From Syntrophaceae bacterium UBA6112 (lineage in GTDB: Bacteria > Desulfobacterota > Syntrophia > Syntrophales > UBA5619): a DNA stretch of 64,000 bases. The stretch covers positions 12,323 to 76,322 of the forward strand of contig DIWG01000018.1 of NCBI GenBank assembly GCA_002423465.1. Direction: 5' to 3'. The notes under the pieces were generated by a model. That model had not been told where the DNA came from and did not search any database. It saw nothing but the letters and a program-made list of their open reading frames with translations. Of the stretch, positions 17,509-26,695 are shown piece after piece; the first letter of the stretch is position 1, and each line of letters starts with the position of its first letter. The translations under genes and the position numbers were made by a program.

Positions 17509-19002
17509 CTACTTGCTTGACTTGCCCTTTCCGGCAAAGAGCCCTGCAAAGACCCTGCGGTCAAAAGACTCGTGGCCCATGATCTGTCGCACGGTCTGGA
17601 AAGAACCCAGAACAGTCCCCACGATTCCCGGCGCCAGCGCGTTCTGGCCGGCGAAGAAGAGTCCGTCCAGCGGCAAGCGGTGGAGCGCGGCGGCGGCCGG
17701 CAACTGGCCCACCGACCGCATGATGCCGTATGGCGAACCCTCCGGACTGTTCACCCAGTCCCGGAGCGTCAGGGGGGTATAGGCGTCGATGATCTTCCCG
17801 TCCGCCAACGACCCGAAAATTTCCTCGGCTTTTCCGAGCATGCCTTCCGCCCGGCGGATCTTTTCCTTCTCGTATTCCACGCCGCGCCGGCCCGTCGTCG
17901 TATCCTCCCACCGGCGCCACTCGGAAAAAGGGCTTCGGGTGATCATCATCAGGAGGTTTCTCCCCTCGCCGCCGGCACGCAATTGATAGAACAAACCGGC
18001 GGAAATCCATCCCTCCCGGTCCGTCTGCAAGCGGTAGATATTGTGCGGCAGGGCGGGATGGGTCCGGGCGTCCACGGAGACATTCGCCGCGAACAGGCCT
18101 TCCGTCTCGACAAGGCCGCGAATCCGTCTTGCCTGACGGGGTTTGACGGCCCCCTCCGGCAGCATCGCCAGAACCGTCTTGGGATGAACGGCGGCCACAA
18201 CCCGGGTTCCCCGGAGCACCCTTCCGGAGGCGAGCCTCACCCCGGCAACCTCCCGACCATCGATCAGAATCGCCGCCGCCGCATCGTTGCAGAGGAGGCT
18301 GCCGCCAAGCCCCGTAAATCGTGAGCTGAACGCCTCCGCCAGATCCGTCCCGCCCCCCCGCAAACGCCAGGCGGAGAGAAGATAGGAAGTCAGCGCCAGA
18401 TGGTGGTAGATCACGGGGCAATCCTGTTCCGAAAGCCCCATCCATCTCGAAGCGACGCAAAGAACGCTCCGCAGTCGGGGGGAACAGTTCAGCTTTGCCA
18501 GATAGACCGCGAGCGGCGAGAAAAGATCCATGTCGAAGAGAGGGGGCATCGCCGAAGAGAGGAAAGAGAGGGAATTCTGCAGATCGGCTACGGCGCGGAG
18601 ATTTCCGATGATCGCCGCAATCGGCCGGCGATCATCCGGGAATGCCGCTTCCAGCGCATCGGCCAATGCATCGATCCCTTCCGGCAGGTCGAACGCAAAA
18701 TCATCGAAAAGATATCGGTCGATGGGGCCGCCCCCCCCCATCCGCTCCGCCGCCACTTCGACGCCCATAAAATCGAACATCCTCCGGAGAGGCTGACCCT
18801 CCCCGAAGGCGCCGAAATAATGAACACCGACGGGACAGTCGACGCCGTCCCGGGTATAACTGCGCATCAGACCGCCCGGCAGGGTGTTCCGCTCGATGAC
18901 GGCCACGCGCGGGTATAATCGGGCCAGGATGATCCCGACCGAGAGTCCCCCGACTCCGGAACCGATGATCAACGCATCAAAAGGCTGCTCTGTTGCCATC
19001 AA
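17509..19002 (-). CDS. FAD-dependent oxidoreductase of the phytoene desaturase (CrtI) family
   Basis: N-terminal dinucleotide fold DALIIGSGVGGLSVGIILAR..VAVIERN. The length and C-terminal GLFFAGQNALAPGIVG motif are typical of CrtI-like amine oxidase-fold enzymes. Confidence 0.85.
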   Translation of the reverse strand: MMATEQPFDALIIGSGVGGLSVGIILARLYPRVAVIERNTLPGGLMRSYTRDGVDCPVGVHYFGAFGEGQPLRRMFDFMGVEVAAERMGGGGPIDRYLFDDFAFDLPEGIDALADALEAAFPDDRRPIAAIIGNLRAVADLQNSLSFLSSAMPPLFDMDLFSPLAVYLAKLNCSPRLRSVLCVASRWMGLSEQDCPVIYHHLALTSYLLSAWRLRGGGTDLAEAFSSRFTGLGGSLLCNDAAAAILIDGREVAGVRLASGRVLRGTRVVAAVHPKTVLAMLPEGAVKPRQARRIRGLVETEGLFAANVSVDARTHPALPHNIYRLQTDREGWISAGLFYQLRAGGEGRNLLMMITRSPFSEWRRWEDTTTGRRGVEYEKEKIRRAEGMLGKAEEIFGSLADGKIIDAYTPLTLRDWVNSPEGSPYGIMRSVGQLPAAAALHRLPLDGLFFAGQNALAPGIVGTVLGSFQTVRQIMGHESFDRRVFAGLFAGKGKSSK

Positions 19003-19077
19003 ATGTCGCCTTCACGAAACATTCTCGCCGGCTGGACCGGCAAGGTGAAGCAATGAAGATCCGGAACCGGGTTCCCG

Positions 19078-19335
19078 TTATTTTAAGCGGTTTTTTTCGA
19101 CGAATTCGGCCAGGGCGCGGACGGAGGCAAAGGCTTGGACGCCCATGTCCTTGCTTTCGATCTTGACGCCGTAATCCTTCTCCAGCATGAGGACCAGTTC
19201 CAAAACGTCGATGGAATCGATCCCCAGATCCCCCCCGACGAGTCGGTCATCGTCGCCGATATCCTCCGGGACGACATCCAGGAGGGACAGGGTATCGATG
19301 ATCTTGACTTTCAGTTCCGCGATAAGCGCTTCCAT
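19078..19335 (-). CDS. Acyl carrier protein
   Basis: DLGIDSIDVLELVLMLEKDYG, 85 aa and acidic. Confidence 0.85.
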   Translation of the reverse strand: MEALIAELKVKIIDTLSLLDVVPEDIGDDDRLVGGDLGIDSIDVLELVLMLEKDYGVKIESKDMGVQAFASVRALAEFVEKNRLK

Positions 19336-19454
19336 TTATTACCTCTTCCGAATGATGATGTTTCCGGCTCAACTAAAGCCCCAGATGCCGGGCAATGATC
19401 CCCCGCATGATCTCGTTTGTTCCGCCCAGGATTCGGGTCACGCGGTGAAACCTT

Positions 19455-19871
19455 TCAGGTATCCTCTTCCGGGCGAAAAACCTGGATGCTGACGACGGCC
19501 ACGACATCCGACCCCAGGCGTACCGTTCCTTCGAAGACGGCATAGCCTTCCAGGGCGTAACCCCTCCGGGCCTCGGTGATCAACGTGGCAGACAGGGGAA
19601 TGCGCGGCAGACGGAAATCGGCCCTCTTGATTCCCACCAGCCAGCCCTTTGTCCCGCCCCGCTTGGATTGCTGCCGTTTCCACCCCTCGAGGAGCGCCGC
19701 CGTCTGGGCGACGAGTTCGATCGTCACCAGCGCATCGACGGCCCCGTCGTGGAACAGCGGCCAATCCTCCGTAACGACGGATGAGGCCATCGCCTTGTCG
19801 TTATCGACGGCCAGCGCCTCGTTGATCAGCCGCATCTTCTCCCGGTGGGGAATCAGGGCTTCAATGTCCAT
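19455..19871 (-). CDS. Hot-dog fold 3-hydroxyacyl-ACP dehydratase-like protein
   Basis: IPHREKMRLINE near the N-terminus and a single hot-dog length (138 aa), similar in style to the stand-alone dehydratases of aryl-polyene/FAS-like clusters. AAGGAAGGG RBS. Confidence 0.7.
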   Translation of the reverse strand: MDIEALIPHREKMRLINEALAVDNDKAMASSVVTEDWPLFHDGAVDALVTIELVAQTAALLEGWKRQQSKRGGTKGWLVGIKRADFRLPRIPLSATLITEARRGYALEGYAVFEGTVRLGSDVVAVVSIQVFRPEEDT

Positions 19872-20193
19872 GTCATCCCTTCCTTGCTTTTCTCATAACA
19901 GAAATCCGCCACGGCGGCAAGGACGTTCGATCGATCCCCCATTCCGACGACCGCCCTCCGGCTGAACATTGAACGGAAGAGATTATCCAGACCGCTTTTG
20001 GGAACGCGACATCCGGTTTTTTCGCGGCATCAACTTTTCAAACGAGCCCGCCTTTCCATGGTCTTTGAATTGTCTTGACACAAAGCCACCCTTTTCCATA
20101 CACTCACTCCGGCTGAAAACATCCTTATCCCAGCGGAATGGCGAATATGAAACCGATCCCGTTCCCCTTATTACACCGGCAAGTAAACATATC

Positions 20194-20298
20194 AAAGTTT
20201 GTCATGCCGGACTTGATCCGGCATCCAGCCCTGTCTTGGATTCCCGCTTCCGCGGGAATGACAGGAACAGCATTTATGGTTGCCGGAGTAATAAAAGG
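20194..20298 (+). repeat. Structured intergenic repeat family 1, copy 1 (~105 nt)
   Basis: aaagtttgtcatgccggacttgatccggcatccagccctgtcttggattcccgcttccgcgggaatgacagg...gttgccggagtaataaaagg. It contains two hairpins (gccgga-cttgat-ccggc and attcccgc-ttcc-gcgggaat). A second direct copy lies at 21442-21549. Confidence 0.75.
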
Positions 20299-20322
20299 AA
20301 TGCCCAAGGAAGAACGAATCCA

Positions 20323-21348
20323 ATGAAGGCTGTCATCTACCGCAAAGAAACAGGTTTGGTCGTCGAGGATGTTCCCGTTCCCGAACCCGGGAAAGACGCC
20401 GTCCTCGTCAAAGTGTCGAATACCGGGTTCTGCGGGTCGGATCACTCCCTGATCGTAAACGGCCTGCCCGCCGACGGGACGATCCTCGGACATGAGACAA
20501 GCGGCACCATTGCCGGATGGGGCAGGGCAGTCAGGGGCCTCCGAGAGGGGTCGCGGGTGATGATCCGGCCCACCTTCTGCGGGGAATGCCGCGATTGCCG
20601 GATGGGGAAGCCGCATCTGTGCGACATGCAACGACGGACGATCGGCATCGGGGATCTGCCCGGCGCCTTCGCCGAATATATCAAGGTCTATCCGCAGATG
20701 CTCATCCCGATTCCCGAGGGGGTCGATTCCCGAAACGCGGCCCTGGCCGAAACCTTTGCGTCGGCCTTGCATGGGATCCGATCCTCGAGGAGCGAAGGCG
20801 GCTCCGTCCTCGTGATGGGCGGAGGCGCGATCGGACTGGCTGCGGTCGGATGTTTAAAACTCCTCGGATTTTCACCGATTGCCCTCTCTGAACCCCTGAA
20901 AGGGAAGCGGGCCCTCGGAAAGCGATTCGGGGCCGATCATCTCCTCGATCCCCTCACCGAGGATATCCGGCAGAAGACCCGGGAATGGACTCGGGGGATC
21001 GGTTTTGAGACGATCCTGGAGTGCTCCGGGGTGACCGGAAATGTTTCACTGGCCTTGGAACTGGCCGCGAAAAGCGGCGCTGTTTGCCTGATCAGCATCC
21101 TCTTCCGGGGCATCTCCCTCGATCTGCCGATGGTGATGAATTTCAAGGAACTCCGTTTTACCGGCTCCTATGCCAATACGCACGCCGAAAATATCGAATG
21201 TCTCGAATGGATGGCCGCCGGAAGGATCGATGCCCGGCCGCTCATCTCGGATCTCATTCCCCTGGAACAGTTGCCCCAGGCATACCGGGAGCGCATCCAC
21301 CCCGGAAAAGCCGTGAAGGTGATGCTGAAGATCGGGGAAGAATTTTGA
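20323..21348 (+). CDS. Zinc-dependent alcohol dehydrogenase (MDR superfamily)
   Basis: MKAVIYRKETGLVVEDVPVPEPGKDAVLVKVSNTGFCGSDHS, GHETSG and the structural-zinc Cys cluster CGECRDCRMGKPHLC. The track ORF start at 19969 reads through the repeat and is rejected. Confidence 0.85.
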   Translation: MKAVIYRKETGLVVEDVPVPEPGKDAVLVKVSNTGFCGSDHSLIVNGLPADGTILGHETSGTIAGWGRAVRGLREGSRVMIRPTFCGECRDCRMGKPHLCDMQRRTIGIGDLPGAFAEYIKVYPQMLIPIPEGVDSRNAALAETFASALHGIRSSRSEGGSVLVMGGGAIGLAAVGCLKLLGFSPIALSEPLKGKRALGKRFGADHLLDPLTEDIRQKTREWTRGIGFETILECSGVTGNVSLALELAAKSGAVCLISILFRGISLDLPMVMNFKELRFTGSYANTHAENIECLEWMAAGRIDARPLISDLIPLEQLPQAYRERIHPGKAVKVMLKIGEEF

Positions 21349-21441
21349 AGGCCCTGAAGATTTCTCGTTGCATGGCCTTTATTCCCCTCGTCTTTCTTTC
21401 CTCGGCACACGCCATGAATACTCCGGCAAGGCAAACAGATT

Positions 21442-21549
21442 AAAGGTTGTCCTGCCGGACTTGATCCGGAATCCAGTCCTATTCGAGGATTCCCGCTTTC
21501 GCGGAAATGAAAGTGCAAACATGGATTGTTGCCGGAGCAATATGAAAGG
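21442..21549 (+). repeat. Structured intergenic repeat family 1, copy 2
   Basis: aaaggttgtcctgccggacttgatccggaatccagtcctattcgaggattcccgctttcgcggaaatgaaagtg...gttgccggagcaatatgaaagg. It has the same orientation as copy 1 and is collinear over its whole length. Confidence 0.75.
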
Positions 21550-21553
21550 TTGA

Positions 21554-22225
21554 TCAGATCTCCCCGGTCTCCTTTTCAACATCGCGGTCGAAATCGGCTT
21601 GATTCCAGGAAGAATCCATTCCGTATTCCCGGCGGAACGTCTCCGCAATCTGATTCAGAGGGACATCGGCAAATTCTCCTCGATAGAGCAGATACTCCAT
21701 GTGCCTTTTCCCCTCGAGATCGAACGGGTGATAGAGCGAGTCGCTGCGCCCGTCGAAATCAAGAGGCTTCAGCCGGAACCGCTCGCAAAGCCCGATATTG
21801 AATGCGGGCGTCGCTTTTACCCAAGCCCCCTCGAGGAAAATGGAGGTGTACCCATGCCAAAAGAAAATGTCGGTCTTCATCTGGTCGCGCATCCTTTGGG
21901 TGGTCAGATGGTTCCGCACGTCGGCAAATCCAAGCCGGGCGGGAATTCCCGCGGCCCGGCAGCAGGCGGCCAGCAGGATTGCCTTGGCTACGCACCAACC
22001 GCGGCCGCTTTTCAGCGTGGCGCTCGCCCGGAGCCCTTCGACCGACAGATCGATGGTGTACGGATCGTATCGGATGCCGTCCCGGACGGCATAATAGAGG
22101 CTGACCGCCTGCTCCACTGGATTGACGGAATAACCGGCGTTCTTTACTGTAAAAGCGACGACAGCCCCGCTGTCGCAATCGATCGCCAAGGAGGGCTGAA
22201 GATAAGGCCGCATCTCTGGATTCAT
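21554..22225 (-). CDS. Transglutaminase-like cysteine peptidase-fold protein
   Basis: GRGWCVAKAILLAACCRAAGIPARLGFADVRNH shows the Cys nucleophile context typical of the transglutaminase core, followed by downstream His/Asp-containing segments. Confidence 0.7.
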   Translation of the reverse strand: MNPEMRPYLQPSLAIDCDSGAVVAFTVKNAGYSVNPVEQAVSLYYAVRDGIRYDPYTIDLSVEGLRASATLKSGRGWCVAKAILLAACCRAAGIPARLGFADVRNHLTTQRMRDQMKTDIFFWHGYTSIFLEGAWVKATPAFNIGLCERFRLKPLDFDGRSDSLYHPFDLEGKRHMEYLLYRGEFADVPLNQIAETFRREYGMDSSWNQADFDRDVEKETGEI

Positions 22226-22347
22226 CCTCCGTCCCTTGTTGTAGGGGCAAACCCTTTTCCTACATCCGTTTCATGCGTTCTTCCGATTGGATCATCTCAC
22301 GGAAACAGCCGTCCGTCCCGAATGCCCGCATGTCATCCTTCCGTACT

Positions 22348-23565
22348 TCAGGTGAAGGATACGGCCGTCTTGACGGCCCGGTTCGCCGATTTTCGTATGT
22401 TGAGTTCGATCATGTCCTGATACCGCGTCAGCGGAAACGTGTGCGTGACCATCTCGTGGAGGCGCACCCGGCCTGCGGCGGCCAACCGAAGGGCCGTCTC
22501 GAAGACATGTTCGCGCCGGCCGTCGACGAGATTGACGCCGTGCGCATAGACTCCCTTGATCGTCTGGAGCTTCAGCCACAGCGGCGTCAGGTCCAGCTTG
22601 ACCTCGTCCCCGATGCCCACGACGCTCAGCGTCCCGCCTCCGGCCATGGAACGCATCGCCGCCCGTAACGTGTCCGTATGTCCGACGCAGTCGAAGATCT
22701 TCGTGAAACCGCCCATGAGAATACTTTTTCCCAGGAGCGGTTTGTAGGATTCGGCGCCGGCGATCCGGCAGGCGGCGCCGGGGATGTCGCCGTCCGTCAC
22801 GATATGGTCGGCGCCCGCCTTGGCCGCCAGCTCCGCATGAAACCGCGAGGGCTCGGCCACGGTGATGGAACAGGGGATCTCGAATGCCCGGATCGACTGA
22901 ACGATCAGGTTGCCGATGACCCCAGCGCCGATGACGAGCACCTGGTCATCGGCCATCGGACGGTTATCCATGACGGCCTGAAGCGTCACGCCCAGGGGCT
23001 CCGTCATAGACGCGGTTTCCAGAGACATCCCGGCCGGCAATGTGTAGATCTGACTTCGGTGAGCCACGAGATAGGGGGCAAATCCGCCGCCCACGTCCTT
23101 GCAGATCCCCGTGAACATCCCCGGGGCCAGGCGACCTTTGGCCGTGTTTTCACAACTGCCGGGCCGGCCGGCCCGGCAGCTCGGACAGGCCGGGTCGATC
23201 CCGCGGGCCTTGCACGTAAGTCCCGGCGACATCGTGATACGATCTCCGACCTTGTGATTTGTCACCCCTTTGCCAACTTCGACGATCTCTCCGCACAACT
23301 CATGCCCGAGCACGCAGGGAAAGGAGGTAAAGGGCGAGGCGGTGGGGGAATCCTTGAGGAAGATCAGGCTCTGATCGGAGCCGCAGAACCCGCACATCAG
23401 GGTCCGGAGCTTCACCCAGTCCGGCCCTGGTAGGGCGGGTTCCGGGATATCGACAAATTGAACCGTCGCCAGCGGCCCTTTGTAGAACAGGGACGGGAAC
23501 AGCGCACCGAGGGGTTTGAGAACAAGAAATTTCGCCGCGGATGCGGAAAATTGCAGTGCTTTCAT
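22348..23565 (-). CDS. Zinc-dependent dehydrogenase/reductase (MDR superfamily, long form)
   Basis: MCGFCGSDQS, VLGHELCGEIVEVG, Cys-rich structural zinc loop CKARGIDPACPSCRAGRPGSC and Rossmann VIGAGVIGNL. Confidence 0.85.
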   Translation of the reverse strand: MKALQFSASAAKFLVLKPLGALFPSLFYKGPLATVQFVDIPEPALPGPDWVKLRTLMCGFCGSDQSLIFLKDSPTASPFTSFPCVLGHELCGEIVEVGKGVTNHKVGDRITMSPGLTCKARGIDPACPSCRAGRPGSCENTAKGRLAPGMFTGICKDVGGGFAPYLVAHRSQIYTLPAGMSLETASMTEPLGVTLQAVMDNRPMADDQVLVIGAGVIGNLIVQSIRAFEIPCSITVAEPSRFHAELAAKAGADHIVTDGDIPGAACRIAGAESYKPLLGKSILMGGFTKIFDCVGHTDTLRAAMRSMAGGGTLSVVGIGDEVKLDLTPLWLKLQTIKGVYAHGVNLVDGRREHVFETALRLAAAGRVRLHEMVTHTFPLTRYQDMIELNIRKSANRAVKTAVSFT

Positions 23566-23580
23566 GGAACCTCCCGTCTT

Positions 23581-25248
23581 CTACTCCATCTTGAGCGCCT
23601 GGTAGAAGATCACCGACGCCGGGCTCATCACGGTCGGATCGGTCATCACGTTGACACAGGCAGGTTTCCCGGATTCGATCGCCCGTTTGATGGCAGGGAT
23701 GATCTCCACGTCCTTCGTGACGAACTCGCCATGGCCTCCGAGTCCCTCCACCATTTTATCGTAGCGCCGGGGATCGAGCACCGTGCAATGGAGCCTGTCC
23801 TTCCCGATCGACAGCTCCTGCCCGTGCTTGACCATGCCCCAGGCGCAGTCGTTGTTGATGACGCAGACAACCGGGATGTTGTGGCGGAGCATCGTGTCGA
23901 ACTCCATGGCGTTGAACCCGAAGGAGCCGTCGCCGTTGAGCAGGATCACCGGCTTGTCGGGGTGGGCGAGCTTCGCAGCCATGGCAAAGGGAATGCCGGT
24001 GCCCAGGCACCCGAGCAGGCCCGCTGCGGTTCCCACTACACCGGCCTTCAATCGCGAGGTGAAATGGACGAGTCCGAAGTAAACCGTATCGCCGCCGTCC
24101 GTCACATAGTACGCGTCATCGCCCACGACCTTCTGGATCTGGGCGACCAGGCGGATGGGATGGATGGGATCGGATGGCGTCTCGCGCGCCTTCAGCTCGG
24201 AATCGATGAACGCGGCCGACGCGGCGCGCAGCGTTTTGAGCCAGACGCCGTGATCGTTTTTCTTCACGTGGGGAAGGAGCTGGCTCAGCACCGAGTTGGC
24301 ATCCCCGACGAGCCCGGCGTCGGCCTGCCGGTTGCGGTTGATCTCGTGCGGGTCGATGTCGATCCGGACAACCTTTGCCAAGGGCGGAATTGCGGCCCCC
24401 GACTGCAACAGCCAGTTGAGGCGCAGGCCCGCGATGACAATCAGGTCGGCTTGTGCCAGCGTCACCATCATCCCGATGTTGCCGACATCCCAGATGGACT
24501 GCGGGTGGTTGTCGGGAAGCTCGCCTCTTCCATAATTCATCAGGATGAAGGGGATTCCCGTCTTCTCGACGAACCGGTTCAGCGCATCGCCGCAGCAACT
24601 GAATCCCACGCCGCTTCCGCCAAGGAACAGCGGCTGTTTGGCGTTGTTGATGAGATCGGCCGCCTGCTTCAGGTCGGCATCGTCGGGGTGTACCGTGTAT
24701 TTCCGCGTGGGATTCTTCGGCAGCGGCGCATCCTCCTCGGGGATGCTGATGTTCAGAATATCGGGAGGGAGCTCGAGGAACACGGGCCCCGGCCTGCCCA
24801 TGGCGGCGTACCGGAACGCCATGGAAAGATATTCGGGTATGCGTTTCGTCTCGTAACAGGTGGCGGCCCATTTCGTGATGGGTTTGACCATGTCGATCTG
24901 GTTCATCTCCTGGAGGGCGCCCCGGAGGTCTTCCTTCAGAGGGTGTTTGCCGCACAGCACCACGAGCGGCGCGTTGTCGAGATACGCGTTCGCGATGCCG
25001 GTGAGCGCGTTGGTGAAACCGGGACCGGCGGTGACCAGGCACACGCCCGTTTGCCCCGCATAGACCGACCACGCTTCGGCCGCCATCGCCGCCACCTGCT
25101 CGTGACGCACGTCGATGGCGCGGATGCGGTATTGCGTGAACCCGTCCAGTATCGCCTCGATGTGGCCGCCGGAGAGGGCGAACACCGTTTCAATGCCTTC
25201 GACCTCCTTCAGATACCGTGCGACAAGATGACCGCCATTCATAGCCAT
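23581..25248 (-). CDS. Thiamine-pyrophosphate-dependent enzyme (acetolactate synthase / 2-hydroxyacyl-CoA lyase-like)
   Basis: Three-domain TPP architecture. The N-terminus is GGHLVARYLKEVEGIETVFALSGGHI. The C-terminal TPP-binding motif is LNGDGSFGFNAMEFDT...NN. Confidence 0.9.
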   Translation of the reverse strand: MAMNGGHLVARYLKEVEGIETVFALSGGHIEAILDGFTQYRIRAIDVRHEQVAAMAAEAWSVYAGQTGVCLVTAGPGFTNALTGIANAYLDNAPLVVLCGKHPLKEDLRGALQEMNQIDMVKPITKWAATCYETKRIPEYLSMAFRYAAMGRPGPVFLELPPDILNISIPEEDAPLPKNPTRKYTVHPDDADLKQAADLINNAKQPLFLGGSGVGFSCCGDALNRFVEKTGIPFILMNYGRGELPDNHPQSIWDVGNIGMMVTLAQADLIVIAGLRLNWLLQSGAAIPPLAKVVRIDIDPHEINRNRQADAGLVGDANSVLSQLLPHVKKNDHGVWLKTLRAASAAFIDSELKARETPSDPIHPIRLVAQIQKVVGDDAYYVTDGGDTVYFGLVHFTSRLKAGVVGTAAGLLGCLGTGIPFAMAAKLAHPDKPVILLNGDGSFGFNAMEFDTMLRHNIPVVCVINNDCAWGMVKHGQELSIGKDRLHCTVLDPRRYDKMVEGLGGHGEFVTKDVEIIPAIKRAIESGKPACVNVMTDPTVMSPASVIFYQALKME

Positions 25249-25312
25249 GAGAGACCTCCTTTGAGAGATTATGCTTTAGCATATCGCTTTAACCACCTCG
25301 ATGAAGGGGCAA

Positions 25313-25675
25313 TCATCCCATCACCAGCTTCACGCCGTCGGTAAACCACTGAAGATAGGGAACCATGCCTTCAACGCGCACTTTTCCTTCCGCGGCCGCC
25401 TTGAAGGTGTCGGCATCACCGGTCTTTGAGGTCATCACCCGGAATGCCGTCCCCGCGTCGGCCCAGATGAGCGCAACGTCGCACGGATGGTCCGCGCCGC
25501 TCACCGAGGAGAAAGCGCCCTTGTCGAAGATAAAGAGGCGTCCTATTTTGCCGTCGGCGGTTTTGATCAGGACCCGGATCTGTATGATTCCCAGATGCCT
25601 TCTGTAGGCGGTGTTCTTTTTCGCGGCGGATTTGAGCTTTTGTGCAAGGACAAAAAGAAGCAGGGTGAACTTCAT
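25313..25675 (-). CDS. SCP2 sterol/lipid-carrier-like small protein
   Basis: The C-terminal pattern DVALIWADAGTAFRVMTSKTGDADTFKAAAEGKVRVEGMVPYLQWF resembles the SCP2 fold signature. GGGGAGG RBS precedes the ATG at 25675. Confidence 0.55.
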   Translation of the reverse strand: MKFTLLLFVLAQKLKSAAKKNTAYRRHLGIIQIRVLIKTADGKIGRLFIFDKGAFSSVSGADHPCDVALIWADAGTAFRVMTSKTGDADTFKAAAEGKVRVEGMVPYLQWFTDGVKLVMG

Positions 25676-26107
25676 CGCAACCTCCCCAAAGCACAGTTTG
25701 CGCCTGTTGCCGCAGCATGGAACGGTCATTACGAACGCAGGTCCAGCATCTTATTCCCCGGGGCGCCTCTAACGGAGGTTGGGGCCTGAGATCAGGAATT
25801 TATCAAATATCTCGTACTTGACCATATCCCTGGCTGTGAAACGGCCTTCATTTGATAGATATGCTTTTGATGGAGGGAAGTATAGGAGGGCTGTTTTTAC
25901 TTGTCAAAGAATATTTTTGCATCGAAAAGAGGGCGGTGATGCGGAGAGCGGCGATAAGTCCCACATTGATCCAAGGAGGGGATGAAACCTACCTGCACAA
26001 GGGGGTGAAGGTTGTGGGATGGTGGAAAAGCGGTAAACTACTTTACCAAACGTAGAGCAACTGAGGCCATGTCGGCATGGGAGACGCTGAAATTCTGCAC
26101 CTGTTGT

Positions 26108-26695
26108 TTACTGAGCCTCAGCACTTGAACTCTGAAATGAAACATCATCAACATACCAATTGCTATTCAAACTCCCATTCGTTTCGGCTCGAATTTGCAA
26201 GGTTACGGTTTTACCGGCGTAAGCACTCAGGTTAATTGATTTTGCCACCCAGCCGCCGGTATTGTTTTCTTCGCAAAGATTGACGGTATCCACTGTGATT
26301 CCGTTGATGCGGGTATAACCATAATCATAACCGCAATTATCTGCTGAAACGATATAATGATAAAATACCAAATAGGGACAAGTGGACGAAACATTTACCT
26401 GTTGTTCGACATAGTTAATCTCGTTATCATCGCCGCCTAACCAAACTGCCCAAGTACCGCTATGGAGTACAATTGTACTCTGCTCCCAGTCTTCCAGTAT
26501 TAAATCCCATCCATTGGAGGAATATTCCGTCCAATTGGTCTGTCCTGATTCGAAATCTCCGTTTGGTATATCAGGGCACGTAGCCGATAATGTACCGTCG
26601 CCTCCCCCCCCGCCACAACTGATTAATATGACAAGAGTAAGTACAAGAAAAGAATAAAAAACAAATACCATCAATCGAGTATAATTCTTTTTCAT
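26108..26695 (-). CDS. Lipoprotein with a CBM/jelly-roll-like domain, in an AT-rich insertion
   Basis: Signal peptide plus lipobox LVILISC, then a Gly5 linker. NGDFESGQTNWTEY is typical of CBM4/9-like beta-sandwich domains. Its composition is clearly AT-richer than the flanks. Confidence 0.7.
   Translation of the reverse strand: MKKNYTRLMVFVFYSFLVLTLVILISCGGGGGDGTLSATCPDIPNGDFESGQTNWTEYSSNGWDLILEDWEQSTIVLHSGTWAVWLGGDDNEINYVEQQVNVSSTCPYLVFYHYIVSADNCGYDYGYTRINGITVDTVNLCEENNTGGWVAKSINLSAYAGKTVTLQIRAETNGSLNSNWYVDDVSFQSSSAEAQ

Noticed and set aside
19969-20322. N-terminal 118-aa extension of the ADH ORF (contains HAGLDPASSPVLDSRFRGNDRNS)
   Set aside because: The extension is a translation of repeat family 1 and upstream non-coding DNA. 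The ADH fold starts at MKAVIYRK, which has its own RBS.
20194-21549. CRISPR-like array, considered because of two similar repeats
   Set aside because: There are only two copies of about 105 nt, separated by a 1.1-kb gene. There is no short regular repeat-spacer periodicity and no cas genes.
23458-25344. 628-aa plus-strand ORF
   Set aside because: It is antisense to the TPP enzyme gene. Shadow ORF.
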